Assembly: GCA_963793425.1 (NCBI GenBank)
Contig: CAWCAG010000005.1
Location: forward strand, 864,001-928,000
DNA: 64,000 nucleotides
Source: an uncultured cyanobacterium
GTDB taxonomy: Bacteria > Cyanobacteriota > Cyanobacteriia > Cyanobacteriales > CAWCAG01
Reading direction: 5' to 3'
The translations under genes and the position numbers were made by a program. Positions 52,418 through 61,254 of this stretch are shown here, piece by piece; position 1 is the first letter of the stretch, and every line of letters starts with the position of its first letter. The notes under the pieces were generated by a model. It made no database searches. It saw nothing but the letters and a program-made list of their open reading frames with translations, and was not told where the DNA came from.

Positions 52418-53891
52418 TTACCTTCCGCCTACGGTAATGGAGTCAACTTTGAGATGGGGCTGTCCTACGGTGACGTAAATACTACCGCTAATGGAGCCAC
52501 AGAAGCCAGCAGCAAGCCCTAAGTCTTCTGAACACATGGAAATACGATTCATGATGTCTTTGGCTTCACCGATGAGTATGGCTCCTTTGAGAGGTTTGGT
52601 AATTTTGCCATTTTCAATTAAGTAAGCTTCTTCTACCCCAAAGTTAAATTCTCCTGTGGGGCCAGACACTGCCGCCGCCCATTTTCTTACAATAGATACC
52701 TTTGTCCACAGAAGCAAACAAATCATCTACAGAATGATCTCCTGGTGCAATGTAGGTGTTACGCATTCTGGATGCAGCCGCGAAGGTGTAGTTTTGACGA
52801 CGACCACTTCCGGTGCGAGGATGGCCAGTGCGTACTGAACCGGCCCTGTCTGCTAAGAAGTTTTTGAGGATACCATTTTCAATTAATAAGGTACGTTGTG
52901 CAGGCATCCCTTCATCGTCCATGTCAATTGTTCCAAAGGCATTGTCACTACGCCCTTCATCCCAAGCTGTTAAGCTTTCATGGGCAATCTTTTCACCTTT
53001 TTTATCCATGAAAGGAGTAGTTTTCCGTTCAATTTGGGTGGTTTCTAAAAGGTGTCCACAGGCTTCATGGAAGATGACACCACCGAACTTATTAGCCATA
53101 ATAATGGGGTAAGTTCCTGCTTCTACATAATCGGCGTAGAGCATTTTTCCGGCACTTTCTGCTAACTCTGCGGTGGATGATTGATAATCCCAGTTGCGGA
53201 GGAAAGCAGGGTTGCTGGTGTCTCCATCCCGTAAAGCATTGGAGGTACGATTTGCCCCATCTGCACAGAGGACGTTGATACCAATAGATTGAGTTAAGCG
53301 AATATCCCTAGCAAAAGTGCCATCGCTTGAAGCTACCATCACCTCTTGCCAGTCTCGAAAATATCTACCTTGGCGAGATTGCAGGTGAGAAGCTTTTTTT
53401 TCTAGGGCTGTATTTGCATCCAACAATACTTCTCCCATTTCCCGGATGGAACTACATTGAGTTAACCAACCATCCTTATTACCTACGGTAGCGTAATCTC
53501 GGAACAGTTCTAGGTTGATTTCGGGAATACTAGCATTGGGGGCAGGGAGTTGCAAACCTAAGATGGAAAGCCCTTTTTCTAAAATCGCTTTTAAACCAGA
53601 AAAGGAAACATCATTAGTACTAACATAACAATCTGCCGTACCACGAAAAACCCTTACACCTGCGCCTGTGGAAAGTCGGGGGGTAATGCTAGTGATTTTT
53701 TCATCTTCTGCTAAGCAGCTAATATAATTAACCCTTTCTAAGAAAAATTCCACAAAATCTGCACCTGCGGCTCGACCTAATCCTAACAGAGTTGCGAGGG
53801 GGGCTTCCCAAGTTTGGTCAAATTTATCTGTGGTAAAGTCGTAGCTAAGTTTAGGTAGTTCTTTGGATAAAAGTAATGTGGTTGAAGGCAT
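52418..53891 (-). CDS. tldD: TldD metalloprotease, split by a frameshift near 52663
   Basis: [13 protein letters not shown] and SRMRNT motifs. Removing 1 nt joins MGGGSV to GPTGEFNF...CGS...VGQPH. Confidence 0.93.
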
Positions 53892-54048
53892 AAAATATTT
53901 TCGCTTAAATTAAAGATGTAGCTCTATCTTTGAGTCTAGCAAAATGTTATTCTTTTGGTCTGAGAGAGTGATTGGAAAAGGAGATGATCAGAAACAGGAC
54001 TTACCCACTCAGCAATTGTCGTCCTGTTGTTGATGAAGAAGACGAATA

Positions 54049-54085
54049 AAAAGTAGGGTGTCGTTAGCCGTAGGCGTAACGCACC
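54049..54085 (+). repeat. REP-like element, copy of 41664-41700
   Basis: 37-bp identity. Confidence 0.85.
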
Positions 54086-54226
54086 GCAAACTCTGAAGAG
54101 GATATTATTCTCGGTTTACATCCAGGTTATAAGCGCCGTTATACAGGCTATGGGGGCAGCTCAGCTGTGGTTTGAATAAGGGGAATCGCAACTCCACCTC
54201 TAATCATCAGCAATACAAAAAACTCA

Positions 54227-54297
54227 AGCGGGCGGCGGGAATCGAACCCGCATCATTAGCTTGGAAGGCTAAGGTTTTACCACTAAACTACGCCCGC
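54227..54297 (-). tRNA. trnG: tRNA-Gly(TCC)
   Basis: GCGGGCGTAGTTTAGTGGTAAAACCTTAGCCTTCCAAGCTAATGATGCGGGTTCGATTCCCGCCGCCCGCT forms a cloverleaf; CCA is not encoded. Confidence 0.98.
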
Positions 54298-54347
54298 AGT
54301 CTATAATTAAATAAGGTTAACATAAATTGCCACTGTTTGCAGAAAAA

Positions 54348-55127
54348 TTAGAAGGGATTGGTACTTAATTGGAGATGGTAGGAATAAGCGACAAATTCTC
54401 CTTCTACAACCGTAGGATTAAACTCCCAGTCTTGAAGAATCTCTGTGGCTAAGGCTTGGGCGGCTGCTGGACTAATGTTGCCTTGCTGAACTATTACAGT
54501 AGAATTAGGCTCAACATTGGCTTTACCATTAGTCTCAACTATAATAATCACCTCAAAAGTTAAAGGCTGTTTGGTAGGAAGATTCAGAGCATTGAGATTT
54601 TTAAACAGAGCCTTGTCGTTGGGTTTAATGGTTGCTGGTTGATCAATAGTATCAACATCTTGACCCGGATTGTCTATGTTTGTCCCTGTACGTTCAAATC
54701 GACCCACCTTAACTGTAAATCCTTGATTACCTTCAGGAAGACCAGGAGAAGGAGTAGGATTAGGAGTAGGATTAGGAGAGACTCTTGGTTTTGGTGTTGG
54801 AGTGGGGCTAGTTGAGGGAGATAGAGTAGGCGAGGGGGATGGAGTAGGAGGTTGATTAGGTTGGGGTGGAAGAGTGGGAATCTGTTTGCTGTTTGGGATT
54901 GTAGGTGGCTTTTGAGGCGGAATACTAGCTTTGGGAGTATCTACAGGAGATTGATTAGCCTTAACCGCAATAATGTCGATGGGAATAGTTGCTTTTTCAT
55001 CTCCCTTAGCACGATTGGGTAAGAATAGCCCCCATAATAACCAGAAACATAAGCCATGAATTGCTAAGGAACCTAATGCAACCATACCCCATAAACCTGG
55101 TGGATCTTGGTGGGAGTTTTTAAACAT
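54348..55127 (-). CDS. TonB-like proline-rich membrane protein
   Basis: N-terminal TM helix with SLAIH, Pro/Thr-rich linker, C-terminal WEFNP. Confidence 0.7.
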   Translation of the reverse strand: MFKNSHQDPPGLWGMVALGSLAIHGLCFWLLWGLFLPNRAKGDEKATIPIDIIAVKANQSPVDTPKASIPPQKPPTIPNSKQIPTLPPQPNQPPTPSPSPTLSPSTSPTPTPKPRVSPNPTPNPTPSPGLPEGNQGFTVKVGRFERTGTNIDNPGQDVDTIDQPATIKPNDKALFKNLNALNLPTKQPLTFEVIIIVETNGKANVEPNSTVIVQQGNISPAAAQALATEILQDWEFNPTVVEGEFVAYSYHLQLSTNPF

Positions 55128-55246
55128 AGTTGCTAATGGCTAGTTGCTAGTTGTAAAAGGCAATTCTTACCTTTGAAGTATAATAGCAACAGCTAAGGAA
55201 TGTTCAACCTCACTAACCTTTTGCCGTTGCCGTTAGGCATCATTGA

Positions 55247-55903
55247 TTAACTCCCTGTGCCAAAAGCGCGATCCCCTGCATCTCCTAAACCAGGAACAAT
55301 AAAACCTTGCTCATTTAATGCTTCATCAATAATTGCTGTATAAATATTGAGACTAGGGTAAGTTTGGCCCAACTTTTGTAAGGCTGGTGGGGCCGCCACT
55401 ACAGAAATTATTCTCATTAAACCAGGATCTGCACCACTACTAGTTAATTTTTCCATTGCTGCCATAATAGAACCCCCAGTAGCTAGCATTGGATCTAGGA
55501 TAATGATACGGGTTTGAGGGGGAAACTGTTTGGGTAAATTATCTAAATAGCAAGTTGGTTTGAGAGTTTCTTCATCCCTCGCTAAACCAAGATGATAGGT
55601 TGAAACTATGGGTAAAACAGTTTGCGCTCCATCTAACAAAGTTAACCCTGCCCGTAAAATTGGGACAACGGCTATGGGGACTTGAGGGTTAATCGTGACT
55701 CCTGAAGCTTGGGCGAGGGGGGTTTGTATTTGCACCTCTTCCCCAGGCAACCAATTACGCACCGCCTCATAAGTTAACCAACGCCCCAATTCTGTCATAG
55801 CACTTTTGAACATCACAGAAGGGGTTTGGTGATCGCGGGCTACAGCCAGCCAATGCTTAATTAAGGGATGATCGGGAACGTAAACACGTAATTGCAAAGC
55901 CAT
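55247..55903 (-). CDS. upp: Uracil phosphoribosyltransferase
   Basis: PILRAG, LDPMLATGGS and IVPGLGDAGDR motifs; start at the ATG at 55903. Confidence 0.97.
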   Translation of the reverse strand: MALQLRVYVPDHPLIKHWLAVARDHQTPSVMFKSAMTELGRWLTYEAVRNWLPGEEVQIQTPLAQASGVTINPQVPIAVVPILRAGLTLLDGAQTVLPIVSTYHLGLARDEETLKPTCYLDNLPKQFPPQTRIIILDPMLATGGSIMAAMEKLTSSGADPGLMRIISVVAAPPALQKLGQTYPSLNIYTAIIDEALNEQGFIVPGLGDAGDRAFGTGS

Positions 55904-55938
55904 ATCAATGATCAATGATCAGTTATCAATGATTATTG

Positions 55939-55962
55939 TACGGCTTGCCGTTACCGTTAGGC
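55939..55962 (-). repeat. SDR5-like 24-nt insertion at TGAT^CA
   Basis: Minus strand CTGAT[GCCTAACGGTAACGGCAAGCCGTA]CAAT. Confidence 0.8.
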
Positions 55963-56079
55963 ATCAGTTGTTAATTTTGCTTGTTGCCATTGGGAATTAA
56001 CTATAGAGGTTGAAGCTATCATAAATTCAACCTCAGTTTAGTGAGGATTCTTTAATCTCTTAACCTCACTCCAACCCTT

Positions 56080-56139
56080 GATAAGTTATTGAGAAATATT
56101 TCTCTTAGTGTTGACATGTTTTATCAATAAGTCTATATT
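56080..56139 (+). promoter_or_regulatory. IsaR1 promoter with Fur box
   Basis: ATTGAGAAATATTTCTCTT box; -35 TTGACA (56111-56116), 17-nt spacer, -10 TATATT (56134-56139). Confidence 0.8.
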
Positions 56140-56145
56140 TGATTT

Positions 56146-56227
56146 CAGTGTTCTCCTCTCTTAAGAGATCGGCAGGTAGGATTGGTTAGCAGGCAAGGCA
56201 TGGCTAACCAGTCTCCTCTTTCTTTTT
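56146..56227 (+). ncRNA. isaR1: Iron-stress activated sRNA IsaR1
   Basis: 5' CAGTGTTCTCCTCTCTTAAG..GATCGGCAG seed; terminator TGGTTAGC...GCTAACCA plus T-run; divergent from upp, the known IsaR1 synteny. Confidence 0.9.
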
Positions 56228-56281
56228 GGCTTTAAGATATATAAGGTTGGAATAAGATACTTAAACAATGGAGACAAAGGT

Positions 56282-57091
56282 ATGATTCGCTGGATATTGA
56301 CTCTATTTTGCTTTTGCTACTTTTTGAGTATTGCCACACCAGTTATGGCGCAAGAAGCTGATTTACCTGCTGTGACGCAACAACAATTGCAAAAAGGGGA
56401 AGAAACGGCTCAAAAAGCTTTGAATGCTGCCCAAAGAGGAGATTTTGTTACCGCAGAGGAGTATTGGACAGAGTTAACAGAAGCGTTTCCCACTAACCCA
56501 GCGGTATGGAGTAATCGAGGCAACATACGAGTTAGCCAAAATAAATTAGTAGAGGCGATCGCCGATTTTGATAAATCCATTCAGTTAGCCCCAGAGGCAG
56601 CAGATCCCTATTTAAACAGAGGTGCGGCTTATGAAGGGCAGGGGCGCTGGCAAGAAGCTTTAGCCGATTATGAAAAAGTTTTAAGTATTGCTCCCGAAGA
56701 ACCTTTAGCGTACAATAACCGAGGTAATGCGAAAGCGGGGCAAGGACGCTGGGAAGAAGCCCTACAAGACTATGAGAAAGCAGCAGACATGGCTCCTGAG
56801 TTTGCTTTCGCCCGTGCTAATTATGCCTTAGCCGCTTATCAAACAAATCGCCAAGAAAAAGCATTGCGTACCATGCGTAACCTAGTACGCAAGTATCCCA
56901 TGTTTCCTGATATGCGGGCAGCCCTAACCGCAGCACTTTGGCAACAAGGACAACAAGGAGAAGCAGAAAGCAACTGGGTAGCAGCAGTTGGTATTGACAA
57001 TCGTTATCAAGATATTGATTGGGTAAAAAATGTTCGACGCTGGCCTCCTAAAATGGTGGTGGCTTTGGAAAAGTTTCTTAGTTTAGAGTGA
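56282..57091 (+). CDS. Tetratricopeptide repeat protein with signal peptide
   Basis: WSNRGN, YLNRG and YNNRGN TPR units. Confidence 0.92.
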   Translation: MIRWILTLFCFCYFLSIATPVMAQEADLPAVTQQQLQKGEETAQKALNAAQRGDFVTAEEYWTELTEAFPTNPAVWSNRGNIRVSQNKLVEAIADFDKSIQLAPEAADPYLNRGAAYEGQGRWQEALADYEKVLSIAPEEPLAYNNRGNAKAGQGRWEEALQDYEKAADMAPEFAFARANYALAAYQTNRQEKALRTMRNLVRKYPMFPDMRAALTAALWQQGQQGEAESNWVAAVGIDNRYQDIDWVKNVRRWPPKMVVALEKFLSLE

Positions 57092-57128
57092 TTGTGGAAA
57101 CTGGGTGACTGGGAAAGGGGTAGGCTGT

Positions 57129-57252
57129 TATGCTGTTCTCGTACTGATGAGGTAAGCTTTGTTTATTTCCATATTTCAACTAGCCATTAGCCACTAGCCA
57201 TTAGCAAAAACAAGAATCTAGACTGTACCTCACGCTTACTCTTGTATTGCTT
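57129..57252. mobile_element. MITE-like element, copy 2, with internal TAGCCAY STRR
   Basis: Shares TTCTCG..CT.ATGAGGTA, TATTTCCAT and GAATCTAG.C.GTACCTCACGCTTACT with 30027-30135. Confidence 0.65.
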
Positions 57253-57253
57253 A

Positions 57254-58240
57254 TTACTTGATTTCTCTAACTCTTTCCGAATAATCCTGGGGACGCGATC
57301 GCCGAAAGCTTTTTAAAGCTGTTTGGCGTAAACTTAAAGGTAGGTAAGATAAAAGAAAACCCAAAGTGGATTTTTTGGAGTTTCCTAACACCTTTTCTGC
57401 TACTTGTAAAAGTTTTCTTCCTGCTGCTGCTTCACCATTTTCAATTAACCTTAAACCTAAAGCTTGTTGAGTTCCTGCCAACTTATATTGTCTGTCTTTT
57501 TCTAATTCTGAATCAGGAAATCGATAACTATCAATACAAAATACTTTCGCTTTTAAAAAATGGAGATTTTGTCTTAAGCTAGTTTGCTGTCCGTGGAAGC
57601 GATATTCCATTAATAATTCCGGTAAGAAATAACCTTTTTTCCCCGCTAAAGCTAAGCGTACCAACAAGTCAAAATCCTCACAACCATCAGCTTCCGGACG
57701 CATATAATCAATTTCTTGTAAACAAGCATAGTGAAAAAGAGTAGAACCAACTTGTAAGCTTTGTTTTTGGAAAGTTTCTCTCATCAAATCGGAAATTATT
57801 CCTGTTTGAAGATTATCTTTCCCCCACTTAGCAGAATTTTCTTTCGTTGCTTCTTCATCCCGTTTTCCTTGGCTATTAATAACCCAGTGATCTGTACAAA
57901 CAAAATCCACTTCAGGATGATGATCTAAAACTGCTACAGTTTTGGCTAAAAATTCCGGAGTTAAGCTATCATCATCATCGAATTTAATAAAATACTCTCC
58001 CTTTGCGGACTCAAAACCGGAACGCATATTACGACTACGGCCGATATTTTGGGGATGACGGAGATAATTAAGGCGAGGATCTTCCCATTTACTGACGACT
58101 TCTGGAGTATCATCAGTGGAACCATCATCGCAGATAATTAGTTCAAAATCTTGGTAAGTTTGGTTAAGTACGCTGTTAACAGAATAAGCTAAATAATCAG
58201 AACGATTATAAGTGGGTATACAAACACTAACTTTAGGCAT
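57254..58240 (-). CDS. Glycosyltransferase family 2
   Basis: VSVCIPTYNR, DDGSTD, FDDDD and CEDFD motifs; start at the ATG at 58240. Confidence 0.93.
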   Translation of the reverse strand: MPKVSVCIPTYNRSDYLAYSVNSVLNQTYQDFELIICDDGSTDDTPEVVSKWEDPRLNYLRHPQNIGRSRNMRSGFESAKGEYFIKFDDDDSLTPEFLAKTVAVLDHHPEVDFVCTDHWVINSQGKRDEEATKENSAKWGKDNLQTGIISDLMRETFQKQSLQVGSTLFHYACLQEIDYMRPEADGCEDFDLLVRLALAGKKGYFLPELLMEYRFHGQQTSLRQNLHFLKAKVFCIDSYRFPDSELEKDRQYKLAGTQQALGLRLIENGEAAAGRKLLQVAEKVLGNSKKSTLGFLLSYLPLSLRQTALKSFRRSRPQDYSERVREIK

Positions 58241-58449
58241 AATCAGGTATTGGCGAGTGATAACTATACAGCTTGTTGTTGCCGTTAGGCATGATTGAGT
58301 TATAACGGTATAGGAATTCCAGCGTAGCATCCATATTTACTCATCATCTTTAGGAAAGGGTGACCCAACTAAATTGATTTGTAGTCGCCTAAGATAATGG
58401 AGACGGGTTGCCCCTACTACACCGGTTAATGTTTAATGGTAAATGTTAA

Positions 58450-59421
58450 ATGATACTACCCCCAGTTGCAGTCATTATTCCCGTTTATAATGGCGAAGCA
58501 GATCTGCCTAATCTGGTGGATTGTTTATTATGCCAAACCTATCCTGCTGAATTGGTGGAGTATTTGTTAGTAGATAACAATAGTGGCGATCGCACCGCAA
58601 AACTTATTCAGGAGGCTGAGGAGAAAGCTAAGTTTCAAGGTATTACCCTACATTACCTCTCTGAAGACCAAATCCAAAGTTCCTATGCAGCTAGGAATAA
58701 AGGGATTCAAGCCACCAAAGCAGAAATTCTCGCTTTTACCGATGCCGATTGTCGTCCCCAACCAGATTGGTTGATGAAACTAATTCCCCCTTTTGCTAAG
58801 CCGGAAATTGGTTTAGTGGTAGGAGAAATCCTCGCCTTACCTGGTAACACTCTCCTGGAAAAACACGCTGAGGGGCAAGGTATTTTATCCCAGAAGAATA
58901 CCCTAGCACATTCGTTTTGTCCCTATGGTCAAACAGCAAACTTAGCAGTCAGGAGAAAAGCCTTTGCAGAAGTTGGTTTGTTCCGTCCTTACCTTACCAC
59001 AGGGGGAGATGCAGATATGTGTTGGCGCATCCAAAAAGAGGCTTTCTGGCAACTCCATTTTGCCGAAGATGCCATCATCCGTCACCGTCACCGTGAGACA
59101 ATCAAAGAATTAGCCAGTCAATGGCGCAGATATGGACGATCTAACCTTTACTTAAACCAACTCCACGGCATTCCCCTACGTCCTAAAGTTGAGAAGAAGT
59201 ATTACCTTTTTTTACTTACTCGTTGGTTATTAAAAGAACTACCTTTGAATGTAGTTAAAGCCCTGCTTGGGAAAACTAATTATATAAATGCGATCGCAAC
59301 TCCGATTAATGTTTTTTGTATCAAAGCTAGGGATGAAGGTCAAGCTCAAGCAAGTTTACCTGAAGAAGCTAAGCAAATCCCCTCTTATTTTGACAGGGTT
59401 ACTGGGGGAAGTAATAAGTAA
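58450..59421 (+). CDS. Glycosyltransferase family 2
   Basis: IIPVYN, VDNNS, FTDADC and GGDAD motifs. Confidence 0.93.
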   Translation: MILPPVAVIIPVYNGEADLPNLVDCLLCQTYPAELVEYLLVDNNSGDRTAKLIQEAEEKAKFQGITLHYLSEDQIQSSYAARNKGIQATKAEILAFTDADCRPQPDWLMKLIPPFAKPEIGLVVGEILALPGNTLLEKHAEGQGILSQKNTLAHSFCPYGQTANLAVRRKAFAEVGLFRPYLTTGGDADMCWRIQKEAFWQLHFAEDAIIRHRHRETIKELASQWRRYGRSNLYLNQLHGIPLRPKVEKKYYLFLLTRWLLKELPLNVVKALLGKTNYINAIATPINVFCIKARDEGQAQASLPEEAKQIPSYFDRVTGGSNK

Positions 59422-59495
59422 TAAGTAATAAGTTAAGAATATACTATTTCCTTACACGATTAGCAATTAGCAATTAGCCACTAGCCACTAGCAAT

Positions 59496-60407
59496 ATGAA
59501 AATTTCTGCCATCATTTGTACCCATAACCGAGATAATTATCTTGGTGCAGCTATTGATAGTTTACTCGAACAGGATTTTGCTGATTATGAAGTTTTAGTA
59601 GTTGATAATGCTTCTACTGATAATACTCGTAAAGTAGTAGAAGAGCGTCTTGAGCATCCTCGTTTGCGTTATCTTTATGAATCCACCCTGGGCTTATCTG
59701 CTGCCCGTAATCGAGGTGCAAAAGAGACATCCGGAGAGATTATTGCTTATTTAGATGATGATGCTGAAGCGAGTCGTCAATGGTTAAAAGAATTGGTTGT
59801 TGCTTATGAAAATAACGATAAATTAGCGGTGGCTGGCGGAAAAGTGACCTTGATTTGGCCTGAAGATATGACCCCTCCTCAATGGATTTCTCAAGAACTA
59901 TCAGGTAATTTAGGTTACTATGATTTAGGAGATGAAGTAGTTTTAATTACCGAGCCGGGCTTAACTCCTAGGGGGCTAAATTATTCCTTACGTCGCACTT
60001 TTCTCGACTCCATTGGTGGCTTTGATATTAACTTAGGCAGAGTGGGCAAAAACTTACTTTCCAACGAAGAATTATATATGACCGAACTTGCTTTGCAAAA
60101 AGGTTGGCAAGTCGCCTATATTCCCAAAGCATTAGCTGCCCATAATGTCTCTCTTGAGCGTACCAAACCGGGCTGGTTTTTGTCTCGTAGTTGGTGGCAA
60201 GGAATTAGTGAATGTTATCGTGAAGAGGTGGCAGGGAGGACAGGCTGGCAGCAAATTGAAAGAGGTTCAGAACGTATTGTCCGAGGGTTATATAAGTCTC
60301 TAAAGTACTTCCGTAACCCGGCAGTGCGTTTTGATAATTTCGCTTATGCTTATGGTCAATTTGGTTATTTAAAAGCAGTTATTCAACATTGGCTTTCTAT
60401 TAAGTAG
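59496..60407 (+). CDS. Glycosyltransferase family 2
   Basis: IICTHNR, VDNASTD, YLDDDA and SNEE motifs. Confidence 0.93.
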   Translation: MKISAIICTHNRDNYLGAAIDSLLEQDFADYEVLVVDNASTDNTRKVVEERLEHPRLRYLYESTLGLSAARNRGAKETSGEIIAYLDDDAEASRQWLKELVVAYENNDKLAVAGGKVTLIWPEDMTPPQWISQELSGNLGYYDLGDEVVLITEPGLTPRGLNYSLRRTFLDSIGGFDINLGRVGKNLLSNEELYMTELALQKGWQVAYIPKALAAHNVSLERTKPGWFLSRSWWQGISECYREEVAGRTGWQQIERGSERIVRGLYKSLKYFRNPAVRFDNFAYAYGQFGYLKAVIQHWLSIK

Positions 60408-60433
60408 ATGCAACTGGTAGACTGGGGGATTTA

Positions 60434-60577
60434 TTTACGGTTTTCAATATTGGTGGTGACAAATATCGTTTGATCGCTTTTATTGATTACAAATACCAGA
60501 AAATCTTTATTCGCCATGTTCTCACTCATAGTGACTATAGCAAAGATACTTGGAAAAAAGACAACTGGTATAAGTAA
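60434..60577 (+). pseudogene. higB: HigB toxin C-terminal half (5' truncated; not in the ORF track)
   Basis: FTVFNIGGDKYRLIAFIDYKYQKIFIRHVLTHSDYSKDTWK; in-frame stop at 60401 and no ATG upstream. Confidence 0.85.
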
Positions 60578-60708
60578 TATGACTTGGAAAGCTAATTATC
60601 CCATAGCTAATTAAGCTCATCTTAGGAACCTGATTAATATCTATATTCTGAAAAGCTTGTTCAGCAAGCTTTTCAGGAATAATTTCAGGTAAGTTAATAG
60701 AGGACAAT

Positions 60709-61110
60709 ATGTTTACTGCTTCTTCAGATAATTATCTTGAACTTCTCAATCAGTTTCCACCTCGTCCTATCAAATCAGAGGCAGAATTTATTGCAGTTCA
60801 AGAAGTAATTGATACTTTACTAGACTCAGACCAAATTACATCTGATCAACAGGATTATCTTAATTTACTTGGTCTATTAATTCATGAATATGAGGAGAAA
60901 ATAATACCTATACCAGATTTATACGGTGTAGAATTATTGAAAGCATTAATTGATGAATCTCAGCTTAAACAGAAGGATTTAGTACCGATTTTCAAAACTG
61001 AGTCCATCGTTTCTGCAATTCTCAACGGCCAACGTAAGTTCACTGTAGAACATATTGAAAAACTAGCTAAGTTTTTTCATATATCTTCATCCGCATTTTT
61101 TCCTCAGTAA
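60709..61110 (+). CDS. higA: HigA antitoxin (HTH)
   Basis: FPPRPIKSE, LI.EYE, LKQKDL...SIVSAILNGQR. Confidence 0.88.
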   Translation: MFTASSDNYLELLNQFPPRPIKSEAEFIAVQEVIDTLLDSDQITSDQQDYLNLLGLLIHEYEEKIIPIPDLYGVELLKALIDESQLKQKDLVPIFKTESIVSAILNGQRKFTVEHIEKLAKFFHISSSAFFPQ

Positions 61111-61254
61111 TTGGTTGACAGTTCCTACTGAATTTCAACTAATAAATAGAATACTGTTTGAGGGTGTAAGAACCAAATGGCACTACTACAATACAATAAA
61201 AATTAAAAAGCTAAGTACTTCACCTCTAATTCTTACTATCTTGCCCTTAAATTT

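Noticed and set aside
52418..53891. Programmed frameshifting or true pseudogenisation of tldD (also GNAT, comA, pentapeptide gene)
   Set aside because: No slippery heptamer, no further decay, and the shared GGCC context favours a sequencing artefact.
60522..60707. 61-aa minus-strand ORF as a type I toxin
   Set aside because: Not hydrophobic; overlaps the higB remnant and the hairpin; no support.
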